The position numbers were made by a program, and so were the translations under genes. A DNA stretch of 59,493 bases, filler included. It is 5 parts of 5 records of this genome, joined end to end, with 100 filler letters (N's around TTAATTAATTAA, not from the genome) between each part and the next. Parts side by side here need not be neighbours in the genome. Positions count along the whole stretch, not along the records: positions 50,205 to 59,493 come from DRR723986_31666; 4 more parts are not named here. One strand, given 5' to 3'. Under the pieces are notes generated by a model that was not told the DNA's origin, ran no database searches, and worked only from the letters and a program-made list of their open reading frames with translations. Of this stretch, positions 59,323 to 59,493 are shown in pieces (the first letter of the stretch is position 1; each line of letters begins with the position of its first letter).

Positions 59323-59493
59323 GACAGGCGTGCCGCCAGCCGGAGCGCGGCCACGGTCGACGACGGGTTCGCCAGCCCCTTGCCGGCGATGTCGAAGGCG
59401 GTGCCATGGTCGGGCGAGGTGCGCACGAAGGGCAGGCCCAGCGTCACGTTCACGCCCTCGTCGAAGTCCAGCGTCTTGATCGGGATCAGCGCC
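59319..59493 (-). CDS. pdxA: 4-hydroxythreonine-4-phosphate dehydrogenase, C-terminal fragment
   Basis: Manual translation [39 protein letters not shown]...*; ATGA overlap with rsmA. Confidence 0.95.
   Translation of the reverse strand, partial: ALIPIKTLDFDEGVNVTLGLPFVRTSPDHGTAFDIAGKGLANPSSTVAALRLAARLS

Noticed and set aside
55311..59407. Long antisense or alternate-frame ORFs (667 aa, 585 aa and similar in the GC-rich contigs)
   Set aside because: They overlap well-conserved genes, are Arg/Pro/Gly-rich without motifs, and are expected in high-GC DNA.

Overview
This window is not one locus. It joins five contigs with identical 100-bp spacers (44 N + TTAATTAATTAA + 44 N). Contig A (1-5331), D (43908-50104) and E (50205-59493) are GC-rich, Rhodobacteraceae-like and mostly housekeeping: Bcr/CflA MFS, DsbA, acyl-CoA ligase, arsC; thrC-M16 peptidase-RimJ, apt; futA, mazG, speB, prfA-prmC, rsmA, pdxA. 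Contig B (5432-14871) is gammaproteobacterial-like accessory DNA. It carries IS remnants, a sulfatase / TonB-dependent receptor / quinohemoprotein PQQ dehydrogenase / LysR module with a shared LysR-type box, and vapBC. It ends in a tRNA-Ser 3' fragment with candidate integrase arm repeats, so it looks like the distal end of a tRNA-Ser genomic island. Contig C (14972-43807) is AT-rich and Flavobacteriaceae-like. It carries tRNA-Pro/tRNA-Ser, an amber-interrupted putative PD-(D/E)xK nuclease, the four-gene ligase-associated DNA damage cluster, a vanadium haloperoxidase lipoprotein, tsaD, tamB, pfkA-gap-kinase-mgsA, and a MarR operon with recognisable operators and a TGA-interrupted doxX. I found no CRISPR array or intact prophage. 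I cannot claim a demonstrably new system. The best candidates are the island-borne putative sulfate-ester catabolism module and the interrupted nuclease-like gene in front of the DNA-repair operon. All family assignments come from recalled motifs, not database searches.
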